Below the pieces are notes generated by a model. That model was given only the letters and a program-made list of their open reading frames with translations. It made no database searches and was not told where the DNA came from. From Deltaproteobacteria bacterium (GTDB lineage Bacteria > Myxococcota_A > Polyangia > Polyangiales > Houyiibacteriaceae), in assembly GCA_034670305.1 (NCBI GenBank), contig JAXMNT010000032.1, positions 23,364 to 87,363 of the forward strand: 64,000 nucleotides of DNA. Reading direction: 5' to 3'. Below, one piece after another: positions 19,095 to 27,792 of the stretch (position 1 is its first letter; every line of letters starts with the position of its first letter). Position numbers and translations under genes: made by a program.

Positions 19095-19835
19095 TCAGAA
19101 ACGATGAAGGACGGAGAGCTGGGTTCCGACGAGCGCGACTTCCGTCTCGCGCTCCTCGGCCCCCCGCGCGGACTTGATCCGCACAAGCGTCCACACCAAG
19201 CCACCCAAGAGCGCCGCTCCGCCCACCACGAGCAGCACGTTCGCGGTGCGTTGACGGCGCTGGGCTTGGTCCACGAGCTCGACCGCCCGCTCGTGGGTCG
19301 TGCGCGGGTCGGCGGCGAGATCGTTGTCGCGCCGCGCGCCGACGCCCACCCCGAGGCCGACCGCCGCGAGCACGGCGCCACCGGAGGTGACGATGAGGGG
19401 ATCGCGCACGTCGACCGGCTCCGGTTCGGCTTCGTCCTGCTCGGGTTCGCCGCGCGCCCACCAAGCGAGTTCGCCCTCGTTCGACGCCACCTCGCCGGTC
19501 GCGTGCTCGCGCTGCAGTGCGTTGAGCCGGCGCTGGGCCTCCTCGTAGTCGGGCGCGCTCGTGCCGAGCTCGAGGTACTGGCGGTACGCGTCCATGGCGT
19601 CGTCGTCTTGATCGGACTGCTCGAGCGAGCGCGCCCAGTTGAACAGCAACACCGGTTCGGGGTGCAGTTCGTACGCCGCCGCGAACAAGGTCGCCGCGCG
19701 CCGGAACGCACCTTCGCGGTACGCAGACACCGCCTGCTCGAACACGCCGAGCGCTTCGTCCCGTTCGGACTGAGCGTGCGCACGCGTCGTGATCGAGACG
19801 AGACCGAGGGCGATGGCGAGCAGAACGAAACGCAC
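19095..19835 (-). CDS. Exported TPR protein with C-terminal hydrophobic helices
   Basis: Signal peptide; AYELHPEPVLLFNWAR TPR; two hydrophobic segments; follows the kinase gene. Confidence 0.85.
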   Translation of the reverse strand: MRFVLLAIALGLVSITTRAHAQSERDEALGVFEQAVSAYREGAFRRAATLFAAAYELHPEPVLLFNWARSLEQSDQDDDAMDAYRQYLELGTSAPDYEEAQRRLNALQREHATGEVASNEGELAWWARGEPEQDEAEPEPVDVRDPLIVTSGGAVLAAVGLGVGVGARRDNDLAADPRTTHERAVELVDQAQRRQRTANVLLVVGGAALLGGLVWTLVRIKSARGAEERETEVALVGTQLSVLHRF

Positions 19836-19839
19836 CCGA

Positions 19840-21507
19840 TCACTCTACGCGGAAAAAGCCGCCGCCCGACATCGCATTCTCCATCTGGCCCGCCATGCGC
19901 GTCGTCATGCGCACCCGCATTCGAGGACGCGAGCGCGACGCCGAGGCTTCCGGCTCAGAGGATACGAGCGCCCGGTCGAACACGACGTCGCGCGACAGAT
20001 CGACTTCGGCAGCCACCAGCTCGAAGTCGTCTCGGCGAAGCTCGAGGAAGGCCTTGCCCGGTTCTGCATCGCGCTCGACCCGCAGCGGCGTGCGACCAAG
20101 CACCTGCCCGCGCAAGAGCACCTCTGCGCCGGAAGGTTCCGAGCGGATCTCCCAGCGCACCCGCCGTGGCTGGGTCGGCTCGGCAGGCTCGACCGGGGGC
20201 GGCGTCGGTGCCGACACACGCTGAGGACGCGGCGCGATCGGTGCCGGCGTCGGCGTCGAGGGCCAGAAGACCGCCAGCGCAACGACCAATCCCACAACAG
20301 CCGCGGCGATCCATGCAAGCCGTCGCCGATCGGGGCGGACGGTTCCGAGGTCTTCCAACTGCACGGTGGCCATGGGCGAGGCGCCCGAAGACGGTTCGGA
20401 AGGAGCTTCGGAAGAAGCTTCGGCCGACTTCACGACCGTCCCTGCGGGCAGTGGTGGCAGAGGTCCGTCCGGGTCGATCCGCCGGGTGCGTGCCGACGTC
20501 TCGACCGGCAGGGGGGCGGTTGCTTTCCCTTCCACGATGTCGACGAGGCTCAACTCCATGGTTCCGGCCTCCGCGCTGCGCGGCAAGAGCTCCGACACGA
20601 GTGCGCCCAGACGCGACCGCAGATCGTGCCGCGGTTTCGAGCGCAGCCAACCGAGCAACCCCTCGCGCATCGCCCGGGCATCAGAGAACCGGTCGTCCGG
20701 GTCCGGTGCGAGGGCAGCGCGCAGCACGTCCGCGAGTTCCGCGGGCACGTCCGCGAGTCCGTCGAGGTTGACGCGGCCGCCTTGGATCGCGCTGAGCGCC
20801 GCCACCTCGGAGTCGCCTGGATACACGTAGGCGCTCGTGATCGCTTTGAGCAGGGTCGCACCGAGCGCGAAGAGATCGGCGCGGTGGTCGAGTTGATGGC
20901 GCGCGCGGAGTTGTTCCGGCGCCATGTAGAGGAGCTTGCCCTTCACCACCCCGACCGAGGTGGCGTGATCCTGGAGCGAGCTCTTCGCGATGCCGAAGTC
21001 GATGACCTTCACGCCGCCGTCCCGGGTGACGAAGAGGTTGTCCGGGCTGATGTCGCGATGAATGATCGGCGCGGCGGCGCCCTCCTCATCGCGATGCGAG
21101 TGGGCGGCCTGAAGCGCCGCACACGCTTCCGCGCCGATGTGCGCCGCGAGCTCGGGCTCGAGCGTTCGACCCGCATCCGAGAGGGTGCTCAAGAGCGTCG
21201 AGAGCGGGTGCCCGTCGAGGTACTCCATCGCGATGAACAGATGGCCGCCGTCGGAGCCCAGTTCGATGACCGACACGATGTTGGGGTGGTGGAGCGACGA
21301 GAGGATGCGCGCCTCGTCGACGAACATCTGGCGGTACTCTTCTTTCTCGCGAAACCCTTCGAGGATGCGCTTGAGCACCACCGGCCGGGTGACGTTGTGG
21401 CTGCCCTCCAGAACGCCGAGCAAGACCTCTGCCATGCCACCCTTGCCGAGTTGACGGACGATTCGGTACCGCCCGATCTGGGCCTCGGAGATCGCTTGCG
21501 CCGCCAC
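19840..21507 (-). CDS. Transmembrane Ser/Thr kinase with PEGA domain
   Basis: GKGGMAEV, HRDISPDN, DFG, APE; TM helix; SEPSGAEV...LGRTPL. Confidence 0.95.
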   Translation of the reverse strand: MAAQAISEAQIGRYRIVRQLGKGGMAEVLLGVLEGSHNVTRPVVLKRILEGFREKEEYRQMFVDEARILSSLHHPNIVSVIELGSDGGHLFIAMEYLDGHPLSTLLSTLSDAGRTLEPELAAHIGAEACAALQAAHSHRDEEGAAAPIIHRDISPDNLFVTRDGGVKVIDFGIAKSSLQDHATSVGVVKGKLLYMAPEQLRARHQLDHRADLFALGATLLKAITSAYVYPGDSEVAALSAIQGGRVNLDGLADVPAELADVLRAALAPDPDDRFSDARAMREGLLGWLRSKPRHDLRSRLGALVSELLPRSAEAGTMELSLVDIVEGKATAPLPVETSARTRRIDPDGPLPPLPAGTVVKSAEASSEAPSEPSSGASPMATVQLEDLGTVRPDRRRLAWIAAAVVGLVVALAVFWPSTPTPAPIAPRPQRVSAPTPPPVEPAEPTQPRRVRWEIRSEPSGAEVLLRGQVLGRTPLRVERDAEPGKAFLELRRDDFELVAAEVDLSRDVVFDRALVSSEPEASASRSRPRMRVRMTTRMAGQMENAMSGGGFFRVE

Positions 21508-21613
21508 CCACGCAGCCTACCGCGCAATGTGGGGGCGGGTCCGAGAAGTCGAACTTTGGTCGGTCGCTGCAACGGACTTGAACGCAGGCACGGGACGTGC
21601 ACTTGTCGCAGAC

Positions 21614-22747
21614 ATGGTTGCTTCCCTCCGTCTCTGCGTCTGCTCCCTTCTGGTCCTCGCTGGCTGCGCGGGGGGCGAGGTCTTTCCGGACGACGCGGGT
21701 CGCGATGCACGCGCAGTAGACGCTCCGTTCACGGACGCGCCCACCGGCGATGCACCTGGCATGGACGCGCCCGTGGACTTCGACGTGGGTCTGTTCGGGC
21801 GCGAGGAGGTCTGCGGCAACGGGGTGGACGACGACGCGGACGGCCGGGTCGACAATGGCTGCGCATGCGTCGTGGGCACGGTCCGCCCGTGCTGGCTCGG
21901 CCCGCCCGAGTCGGTGGGGGTCGGCATCTGCCAGGCGGGCCAGCAGGCCTGCGAGCCCGAGGGAGAAGAAGGCGTGTGGGGGCTCTGCGTCGACATGGTG
22001 CTGCCTTCGATCGAGATCGCCGCCACCGGGCGCGACGAAGACTGCGACGCATTGGTGGACGAAGCCGACGCGCGTTGCGTCGCGAGCGAACAACAAGAGA
22101 CCCGCTGCGGCGATGAGCGCGATGGAGACTGCGATGGTCTGGTCGACTGCGAGGATCCCGACTGCGCCGACGGATGCACCACCGAATGCCAGCCCCGCGA
22201 GACGATTTGTTGGGGCGGCGCGGACGAAGACTGCGACGGGGTGGCCGACTGCGACGATCCCGACTGCGCGTCGGAGGACGCCTGCGGCGAACGGCGATGC
22301 CCGCCCGGACAGAGCGAGATCTACACGGAACGCGCGCCGTTGACGCCGATCGTCGGGCCGCCCCAGATCGAGATGGGCGACGGGGAACCGGTCATGGAGC
22401 AGTCTTGCGGCGACACCAGCTGCACCGGCGGCCAGGTCGAGGTGCGCTTGCACGAAGGCGGCTTCGTCTGTGCGCCGCCCCCGCCGCCCTGCCCCGAAGG
22501 ACAGCACGCCACCTACGAAACCGCCGGCCGCTGGCGCTGCGATCCTCCGTGTTCGGTGATTGTTCGGTATGGCTACATCTACGGGTTTCGCCGGGTCTGC
22601 GGCGGTCCGCCCGACGTCGTCTGCAGCGGCTCCGAGGTCCCCACCTTCCTCGCCAACGAGCAGCGCTGGTCGTGCGAGATGGTCTGCAACAACACGCTCT
22701 ACGACCGATACATCTACGCCGGTCAACTGATCTGCTTGCCCTGCTGA
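21614..22747 (+). CDS. Cys/Asp-rich myxobacterial lipoprotein with putative metal-binding repeats
   Basis: LAGC lipobox; EVCGNGVDDDADGRVD, DEDCDALVDE, DGDCDGLVDCEDPDC, DEDCDGVADCDDPDC. Confidence 0.88.
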   Translation: MVASLRLCVCSLLVLAGCAGGEVFPDDAGRDARAVDAPFTDAPTGDAPGMDAPVDFDVGLFGREEVCGNGVDDDADGRVDNGCACVVGTVRPCWLGPPESVGVGICQAGQQACEPEGEEGVWGLCVDMVLPSIEIAATGRDEDCDALVDEADARCVASEQQETRCGDERDGDCDGLVDCEDPDCADGCTTECQPRETICWGGADEDCDGVADCDDPDCASEDACGERRCPPGQSEIYTERAPLTPIVGPPQIEMGDGEPVMEQSCGDTSCTGGQVEVRLHEGGFVCAPPPPPCPEGQHATYETAGRWRCDPPCSVIVRYGYIYGFRRVCGGPPDVVCSGSEVPTFLANEQRWSCEMVCNNTLYDRYIYAGQLICLPC

Positions 22748-22919
22748 GGGTCTGAGCCGCCTGCGACTGCGAGATGGCCTTGCAGGCTGCTGAAGAACGC
22801 CCGTTCTCGCAGCCTGCCCCTTGCCCCTGCCCTTGCCTTTGCCCTTGCCCGTCAGATCGCTTGATCAGCGCGACGAGCATCGCGACGACCTGCCGAGGTG
22901 GGCGAGAGCCCGTTCGATA

Positions 22920-22994
22920 GTTCTTGGGGGCACAGCCCCCAAACCCCGTCCCGGTGACACCGCTGGCTCGCTTCGCGAGGCTGCACGCTGTCGA
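22920..22994. mobile_element. 75-bp insertion at a GATATC site in the pseudogene
   Basis: Flanked by ATA direct repeats (22917-19, 22995-97); removal restores GATATC and the P-D-I-E-R reading; contains the hairpin TTGGGGGC-ACA-GCCCCCAA. Confidence 0.7.
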
Positions 22995-23130
22995 ATATCG
23001 GGCCTCGATGCCTCGGCCCGTCGGTCCGTGATTTCGAGCCAGGAGACGACCTCGATCGCGCAGCGCCGGGCCATCCGATAGAAGCGGGCCTTCTCCTTGG
23101 GACTGAACTCGCCTGCGCCCTCGGCGATAT

Positions 23131-23230
23131 TGTCTCTCGCGCGGGAGGCTCTGGCTTCCAGAGCCGTTTCCAAGGGCCCTAAGAGAGCCGAAGGCGTCTG
23201 GGCCCGCAGGAACCCCGCGAGAGACCAGCA
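23131..23230. mobile_element. 100-bp palindromic mini-element at a second GATATC site
   Basis: ATAT direct repeats (23127-30, 23231-34); TG...CA ends; GTCTCTCGCG/CGCGAGAGAC inverted repeats; second copy at 54401-54481. Confidence 0.8.
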
Positions 23231-23647
23231 ATATCGGCGACGACGGAAGTCGCAGCGCGATCGATCTGGTCTCGGAGGTGAGCACGGCCTCGCGGGAGCT
23301 GCTCAGCGTGCGGCTGCGGAGCTGCGCCGCGTAGCACCGACCGATTCGCGGCCTCGCCGTCGCGAAACACACGGCGTCCACGACGCGGGCAAGGGCACGG
23401 GCAAGGGCAACGGCAAGGGAGCAGGTCGCTTTTCAGCGACCTGCTAGCGAGATGCCCTGCGGAGGGTCGAAGCCGCCGTCCGGTCAGAGTTTGTGCGTCC
23501 GGGGTCACTCGACCGTGACAACCTGGCGTCCCGCTGCGGAGTCGAGGGCGGTACGTGGCTCGTCCACGTCGAAGGCAGGGCGCCCGCCGGCCGATGGCAC
23601 CACCAAATGCAAGGTGCGGCGGAACGCCGGGTGCAGGCCCAGCCCGC

Positions 23648-25279
23648 ATGGCAAGAGCAGCGGGTGTGGGTTGGAGAGCGTTGTCGCTGGGCTGCTTCGT
23701 GATCGCGTGCGGGCCGACCGAGGTTCGAACGGATGGGGGTGGAAGGGACGCGTCTGCGGTGGATGCGGCCGTGGACGCGTTGGCAGCAGACGCGCCGGGC
23801 ACCGACGCGCCCGGCAGCGACGCACCGGGCATCGACGGGGGCGGCCACGATGCCGGGCGCGCGCCGGTGGACTGTTCGGGTTTGGAAGCGCGCTACGAGG
23901 TCTGCAGCGCGGACGCCGACACCTGCGGGGTGGTGTTCGACGATGGCGCCGGATGCGCGGCGGTGTGCGCGAGCGCCGGACTCGTCTGTCTGTCGGTTCA
24001 CGAGAACCTCGACGCCGTCTGTGGTCCCGACCTCGAGCGGCCGGAGCTCACCTGCGCCCCCGAATCCGGACACAGTTCCGACCATTGCCTCTGCGGCCGC
24101 GACGAGACGTGTACGCCGAGTTGCGCCGGTCGCACCTGCGGCTCGGATGGGTGTGGCGGAAGTTGCGGCGGTTGCGCCGATGGCGAGTCGTGTGTCTCGG
24201 GCAGCTGCGAAGTCGGCGCCCTCGACTGCGACGCGCTCCCGTACGACGTCGACGCGCTGCTCTCCGAACGCGTCGGCTTCGGGCGCCGCGCCGCGGGCGG
24301 GGATCCCACCAACCTGTACCGGGTCACCACCAACGCAGCGAGCGGCGCCGGCAGCCTTCGCACTGGGCTCGAAAGCGCCGAGGACTACTGGATCGTGTTC
24401 GACATCGGCGCGACCTCCGCGGCGACGATCGATCTCGGAGAGGATCCGGTGCGCATCCTGTCGAACAAGACGGTGGATGGACGCGGTCGCGACGTGACCA
24501 TCGACGGCGCGCTGGAGATGCGCAACGGCGTGCGCGACGTGATCCTCACCGACCTGCGGCTGACCAACAGCCACGGCCGACGGTGCACACAAGAGGGCGA
24601 CGTGTTGCTCATCCGCGGCGCCGGGGCCGCCACCCCGGGCGCGTTCGAGAACCGCGACATCTGGATCCACCACGTCGACTTCTTCCAAGGGGGCGACGGG
24701 CTCTTCGATGTGCGCGGTGGCAGCCGAATCACGGTCTCGTGGTCCGAGTTCCGCGAGCACTCGAAAGGTCTCTTGCTGTCTCAGGCCGCGGCCGATGAGA
24801 TCGAAGGACGGGAGATGGAGATGACCTTCCATCACAACTACTTCAACCGGTTGAGCCGCCGCGGGCCGCGCCTCACCTACGGGCGCGTGCACCACTTCAA
24901 CAACTACCAGTACGAGTGGTGGGAGTACGGCGCGGCGAGCGTCTTCGAAGCGCAGTTCCTCAGCGAGAACAACATCTACCAGGCGCGCCCCGGTCGCACC
25001 TGCGGGTCCATCTTCAGCCCCTGCACCGACCCCGCGCCCTGCGGCGACGACGACTACGAAGTCTCCAAACTCGCGGTGTCCAACGACTGGGCCGCCGAGG
25101 GCGACCCCGGCTACGTGCGTTCGACCGGCGACTTGCTGCTGCAGGACGCGGTCGTGCAGGTGCGCTCGCCCGAACGGGTCTTCACACCCGACTACCCGTT
25201 CGTCGCCGAGGTGGCGGACACGGCGCTCGCCGCGCGGGTGCGAGACGGAGCGGGGCCACGCACGTCGTACTGTCGCTGA
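23648..25279 (+). CDS. Pectate lyase-like (PL1) lipoprotein with Cys-rich N-terminal region
   Basis: VIAC lipobox; GFG..A.GG, SNKTVDGRG, IWIHH, DGLFD, ITVSW, TFHHNYF, RGPR, HHFNNY. Confidence 0.88.
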   Translation: MARAAGVGWRALSLGCFVIACGPTEVRTDGGGRDASAVDAAVDALAADAPGTDAPGSDAPGIDGGGHDAGRAPVDCSGLEARYEVCSADADTCGVVFDDGAGCAAVCASAGLVCLSVHENLDAVCGPDLERPELTCAPESGHSSDHCLCGRDETCTPSCAGRTCGSDGCGGSCGGCADGESCVSGSCEVGALDCDALPYDVDALLSERVGFGRRAAGGDPTNLYRVTTNAASGAGSLRTGLESAEDYWIVFDIGATSAATIDLGEDPVRILSNKTVDGRGRDVTIDGALEMRNGVRDVILTDLRLTNSHGRRCTQEGDVLLIRGAGAATPGAFENRDIWIHHVDFFQGGDGLFDVRGGSRITVSWSEFREHSKGLLLSQAAADEIEGREMEMTFHHNYFNRLSRRGPRLTYGRVHHFNNYQYEWWEYGAASVFEAQFLSENNIYQARPGRTCGSIFSPCTDPAPCGDDDYEVSKLAVSNDWAAEGDPGYVRSTGDLLLQDAVVQVRSPERVFTPDYPFVAEVADTALAARVRDGAGPRTSYCR

Positions 25280-25326
25280 CTTCGTTGGCCAGCGTCGACA
25301 CGGCTCGGCTATCCTGCGCTTGTTCC

Positions 25327-26532
25327 GTGCGACTCCCTCTCTTGATCGTTCTGCTCTTCGCGGTGCCGGCCTGCGCGCTGAGCGAAGTCGACCTCGAAGG
25401 ACGCGCCTGCCCTTGTGCCACCGGCTGGACCTGCGAGGGCGGCGTGTGTGTGCGCGAACCGAGCCAGGACGCCTCGACCGACACCCGCGGCGTGGACGCC
25501 CCCTCCTTCGACGCCGCGCGCGACGTCCTGCGCCTCGACGTGCCGGAAGGCGTGTGCGGCGCGACCGGCCAACCCTGCTGCGACGGAGCGGAGCGCTGCA
25601 ACGGCGTGCTCGTCTGCGACACGGACGTCTGCGTGCCGTGCGGCCGCATGGACGACCCGTGTTGCCTCGGCGACGCGTGTGCCACCGGGTTCTCCTGCGA
25701 CACGCCCACTGGCCGCTGCCTCGAGTGCGGCGGCCCCGGCGCGCCTTGTTGCCCCGGCACACCGTGTCCCCGCGGCGGCGAATGCGTGGACGCGCTCTGC
25801 GTCGCGTGCGGCAGTGAGATGGGCACCTGCGTGCCCGGCACCCGCGAGAGCGAAGACTGCGGCAACTGCGGCACGCGCGAGCGGATCTGCAACGAAGGCT
25901 GCGGCTTCGGACCGTGGAGCGCGTGTATGGGCGCGGGCGAATGCGAAGCCGGCACCGTGGACAGCCGCGCCTGCGGCAACTGCGGAACCCAGACCCGGAG
26001 CTGCAACGAGTCGTGCCGGTGGGAACTGTTCGGCGCGTGTTCGGGCGAAGGCGAGTGCGCACCAGGATCCACCGGTGCGTGCGACACCTGCCGCTCGCGC
26101 ACCTGTTCGAGCGCGTGCACGTGGAGCGCGTGCGACGTGTGTTCGTGCTCGCCCATCGACAAGTGCACCGCCGGCTGCCCCGCGGGGTACCACTGGAGCG
26201 CGTTCCGGTGCACCTCGGAGTGCGGCTCGTGCTCGAGCGGCGACAACACCATCACCTGCACTCCCAACTGCACGGACAGTTTTCAGATCTGTGGACTCAC
26301 GTGTCCGAGCACCCACTACCGTTCTTCGATCCAGTGCCGCGGCGCCTGTGGGGCATGCAGCTCGGGCTACAACTCGGCGACATGCACCGAAGCCACCGCG
26401 ACCACCGTGACGAGCTGCGGCGCAGGGTGCCCCGACGGATACACCCAGACCGGGAGCGCCTGCGTGGGCGCGTGTCTGACCCCGTGCGACCCGGGGGTGA
26501 CCGCCAACGCCGTGACCTGTCGGCGGACCTAG
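25327..26532 (+). CDS. Very Cys-rich lipoprotein
   Basis: Hydrophobic leader plus VPAC; repeated CG..G.PCC and CGNCGT..R.C...C.W..C modules. Confidence 0.85.
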   Translation: MRLPLLIVLLFAVPACALSEVDLEGRACPCATGWTCEGGVCVREPSQDASTDTRGVDAPSFDAARDVLRLDVPEGVCGATGQPCCDGAERCNGVLVCDTDVCVPCGRMDDPCCLGDACATGFSCDTPTGRCLECGGPGAPCCPGTPCPRGGECVDALCVACGSEMGTCVPGTRESEDCGNCGTRERICNEGCGFGPWSACMGAGECEAGTVDSRACGNCGTQTRSCNESCRWELFGACSGEGECAPGSTGACDTCRSRTCSSACTWSACDVCSCSPIDKCTAGCPAGYHWSAFRCTSECGSCSSGDNTITCTPNCTDSFQICGLTCPSTHYRSSIQCRGACGACSSGYNSATCTEATATTVTSCGAGCPDGYTQTGSACVGACLTPCDPGVTANAVTCRRT

Positions 26533-26635
26533 GCCTCGCGGGAGCTACGCGTCGCGAAACACACGGCGTCCACGACGCGGGCAAGGGCACGGGCAAGGGC
26601 AACGGCAAGGGAGCAGGTCGCTTTTCAGCGACCTG
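26533..26635 (-). mobile_element. MITE-like element, copy B (one end only)
   Basis: 26550-26639 matches the right end of copy A; bounded by CTAG at 26529-32 and 26636-39, each containing the stop codon of a convergent gene. Confidence 0.88.
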
Positions 26636-27724
26636 CTAGAGCCCCGGCGCTGGTCCGTATCGAAACGGGAACGACACGCGGAACTCGGCTCGGCGAAAGG
26701 GCGGGAGCGTCACCGAACGAAGCACGAACTGAAGACAGCGGTTCTGATCTGCGGTGAAGGGATTAGGGTCGCGTACGGTGGCGGTCTTGACCCGGCCGTC
26801 GCTCGAGAAGACGAAGGTCGCTGCGAACACGCCGCCGCCCGCGTCCCTCAAACACCCCGCCGCGCGCGGCACGAGCCCCCGCATCGCCGAGCCGACCGAC
26901 ACCCGACTTGGCGACTCGGGCAAGGTGGCCGGCGTGGCCATCGACGGGGGCGGCGGGCTGGTCGGGAGATGCGGGGGCGGCGGCAGCGCACTCGACGCTG
27001 TGCCCGCAAGGCGCACGGGGTAGTTCACCCGGAACACGGGTTGACGGAACGGGGGCACCGCGGCGCTTCGAATGATCCCGACGATGCAGCGGGCCAGCGC
27101 GGACTCGCGGTCGAGCCGGGACAACGAAACGCTGCTCACCGATCCATCCGAAACGAACGTCACCCGCGCGGTGACGACGCCCGAGCCACCGCAACTGCGG
27201 GCCCGTTCACTGGCCGGACGAAGCGCACTGGCGACGTCGTTGCGGGAGGGTGCCTCGGGCGGCTGAGACGCCCGTTGCCGCGCCGTGCGTTCGTCTTCGG
27301 CCCGCACCCGGTCGTGGTCGATCCCAAGACTCGGTTCGGAGAACCGAAGCGACACGGTGGTGCGTGCGCGCCGGCGGGGAAACGGGGTCGTTCCAAGCAC
27401 GCTCTCGAGGCATGCGTCCGCGGCCACGCTCCCCATGGAACCGGATGCGATGTCCGCCGAAGCGCTTCCATTGGCACGGACCCTGATGTCCACCGAGAGC
27501 GGCCGATCGGGCAGGCCAGAGGAGGGGTCACGGCAGAGCACCGCGATGCACGGGATCGCAGCGCGGGCCGAGGTCTCCAGGGTCGCCCTTGGCGGTGCTC
27601 CGAAGACGGCGCGGCACACGGCCGGCGGCGGTTCGGGTGCGCCAAGGACTTCGTCCTGCGCTGCCGCGGTCTGCACCCACAACGTGCACGCCAGCAGCGC
27701 ACACCCCCGAAGCAACGAGTTCAT
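26636..27724 (-). CDS. Exported protein with repeated TonB-C / AgmX-PglI C-terminal-like domains
   Basis: Signal peptide; about three modules of C...VTF.SDG.V...C...VPPF....V.YP. Confidence 0.75.
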   Translation of the reverse strand: MNSLLRGCALLACTLWVQTAAAQDEVLGAPEPPPAVCRAVFGAPPRATLETSARAAIPCIAVLCRDPSSGLPDRPLSVDIRVRANGSASADIASGSMGSVAADACLESVLGTTPFPRRRARTTVSLRFSEPSLGIDHDRVRAEDERTARQRASQPPEAPSRNDVASALRPASERARSCGGSGVVTARVTFVSDGSVSSVSLSRLDRESALARCIVGIIRSAAVPPFRQPVFRVNYPVRLAGTASSALPPPPHLPTSPPPPSMATPATLPESPSRVSVGSAMRGLVPRAAGCLRDAGGGVFAATFVFSSDGRVKTATVRDPNPFTADQNRCLQFVLRSVTLPPFRRAEFRVSFPFRYGPAPGL

Positions 27725-27792
27725 GGACGAACGATAACCGATGCCCGCAGCCTCGACCCACCGCGTGGCCTGCCGTAGCAACCGGCGCCGGG

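Larger units (their letters stand above)
22852..23305 (-). pseudogene. Four-helix-bundle protein (TIGR02436 / 23S rRNA IVP-like) pseudogene
   Basis: Removing two insertions and one 1-nt deletion gives EQLPRGRAHLRDQIDRAATSVVA(D/N)IAEGAGEFSPKEKARFYRMARRCAIEVVSWLEI...DIERALAHLEQVVAMLVALIKRSD; N-terminus missing. Confidence 0.85.
22783..23443 (-). mobile_element. Non-autonomous element (MITE-like), copy A, the longest; carries a four-helix-bundle pseudogene
   Basis: Ends CAGGCTGCTGAAG... and ...TTCAGCGACCTG; flanks CTTG (22779-82) and CTAG (23444-47); terminal blocks near-identical to copies at 26.6, 54.3 and 63.9 kb. Confidence 0.88.

Noticed and set aside
18406-19177. (RQ)n, (CLCR)n and (LPLS)n ORFs; possible CRISPR array
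   Set aside because: A pure 12-bp tandem repeat with no unique spacers and no cas genes
22865-23173. Intact 102-aa four-helix-bundle CDS
   Set aside because: It starts inside an inserted element, contains a second insertion, and is frameshifted at the 3' end; treated as a pseudogene
22783-23443. Diversity-generating retroelement, suggested by the Avd-like fold
   Set aside because: No reverse transcriptase and no template/variable repeat pair differing at adenines in this window
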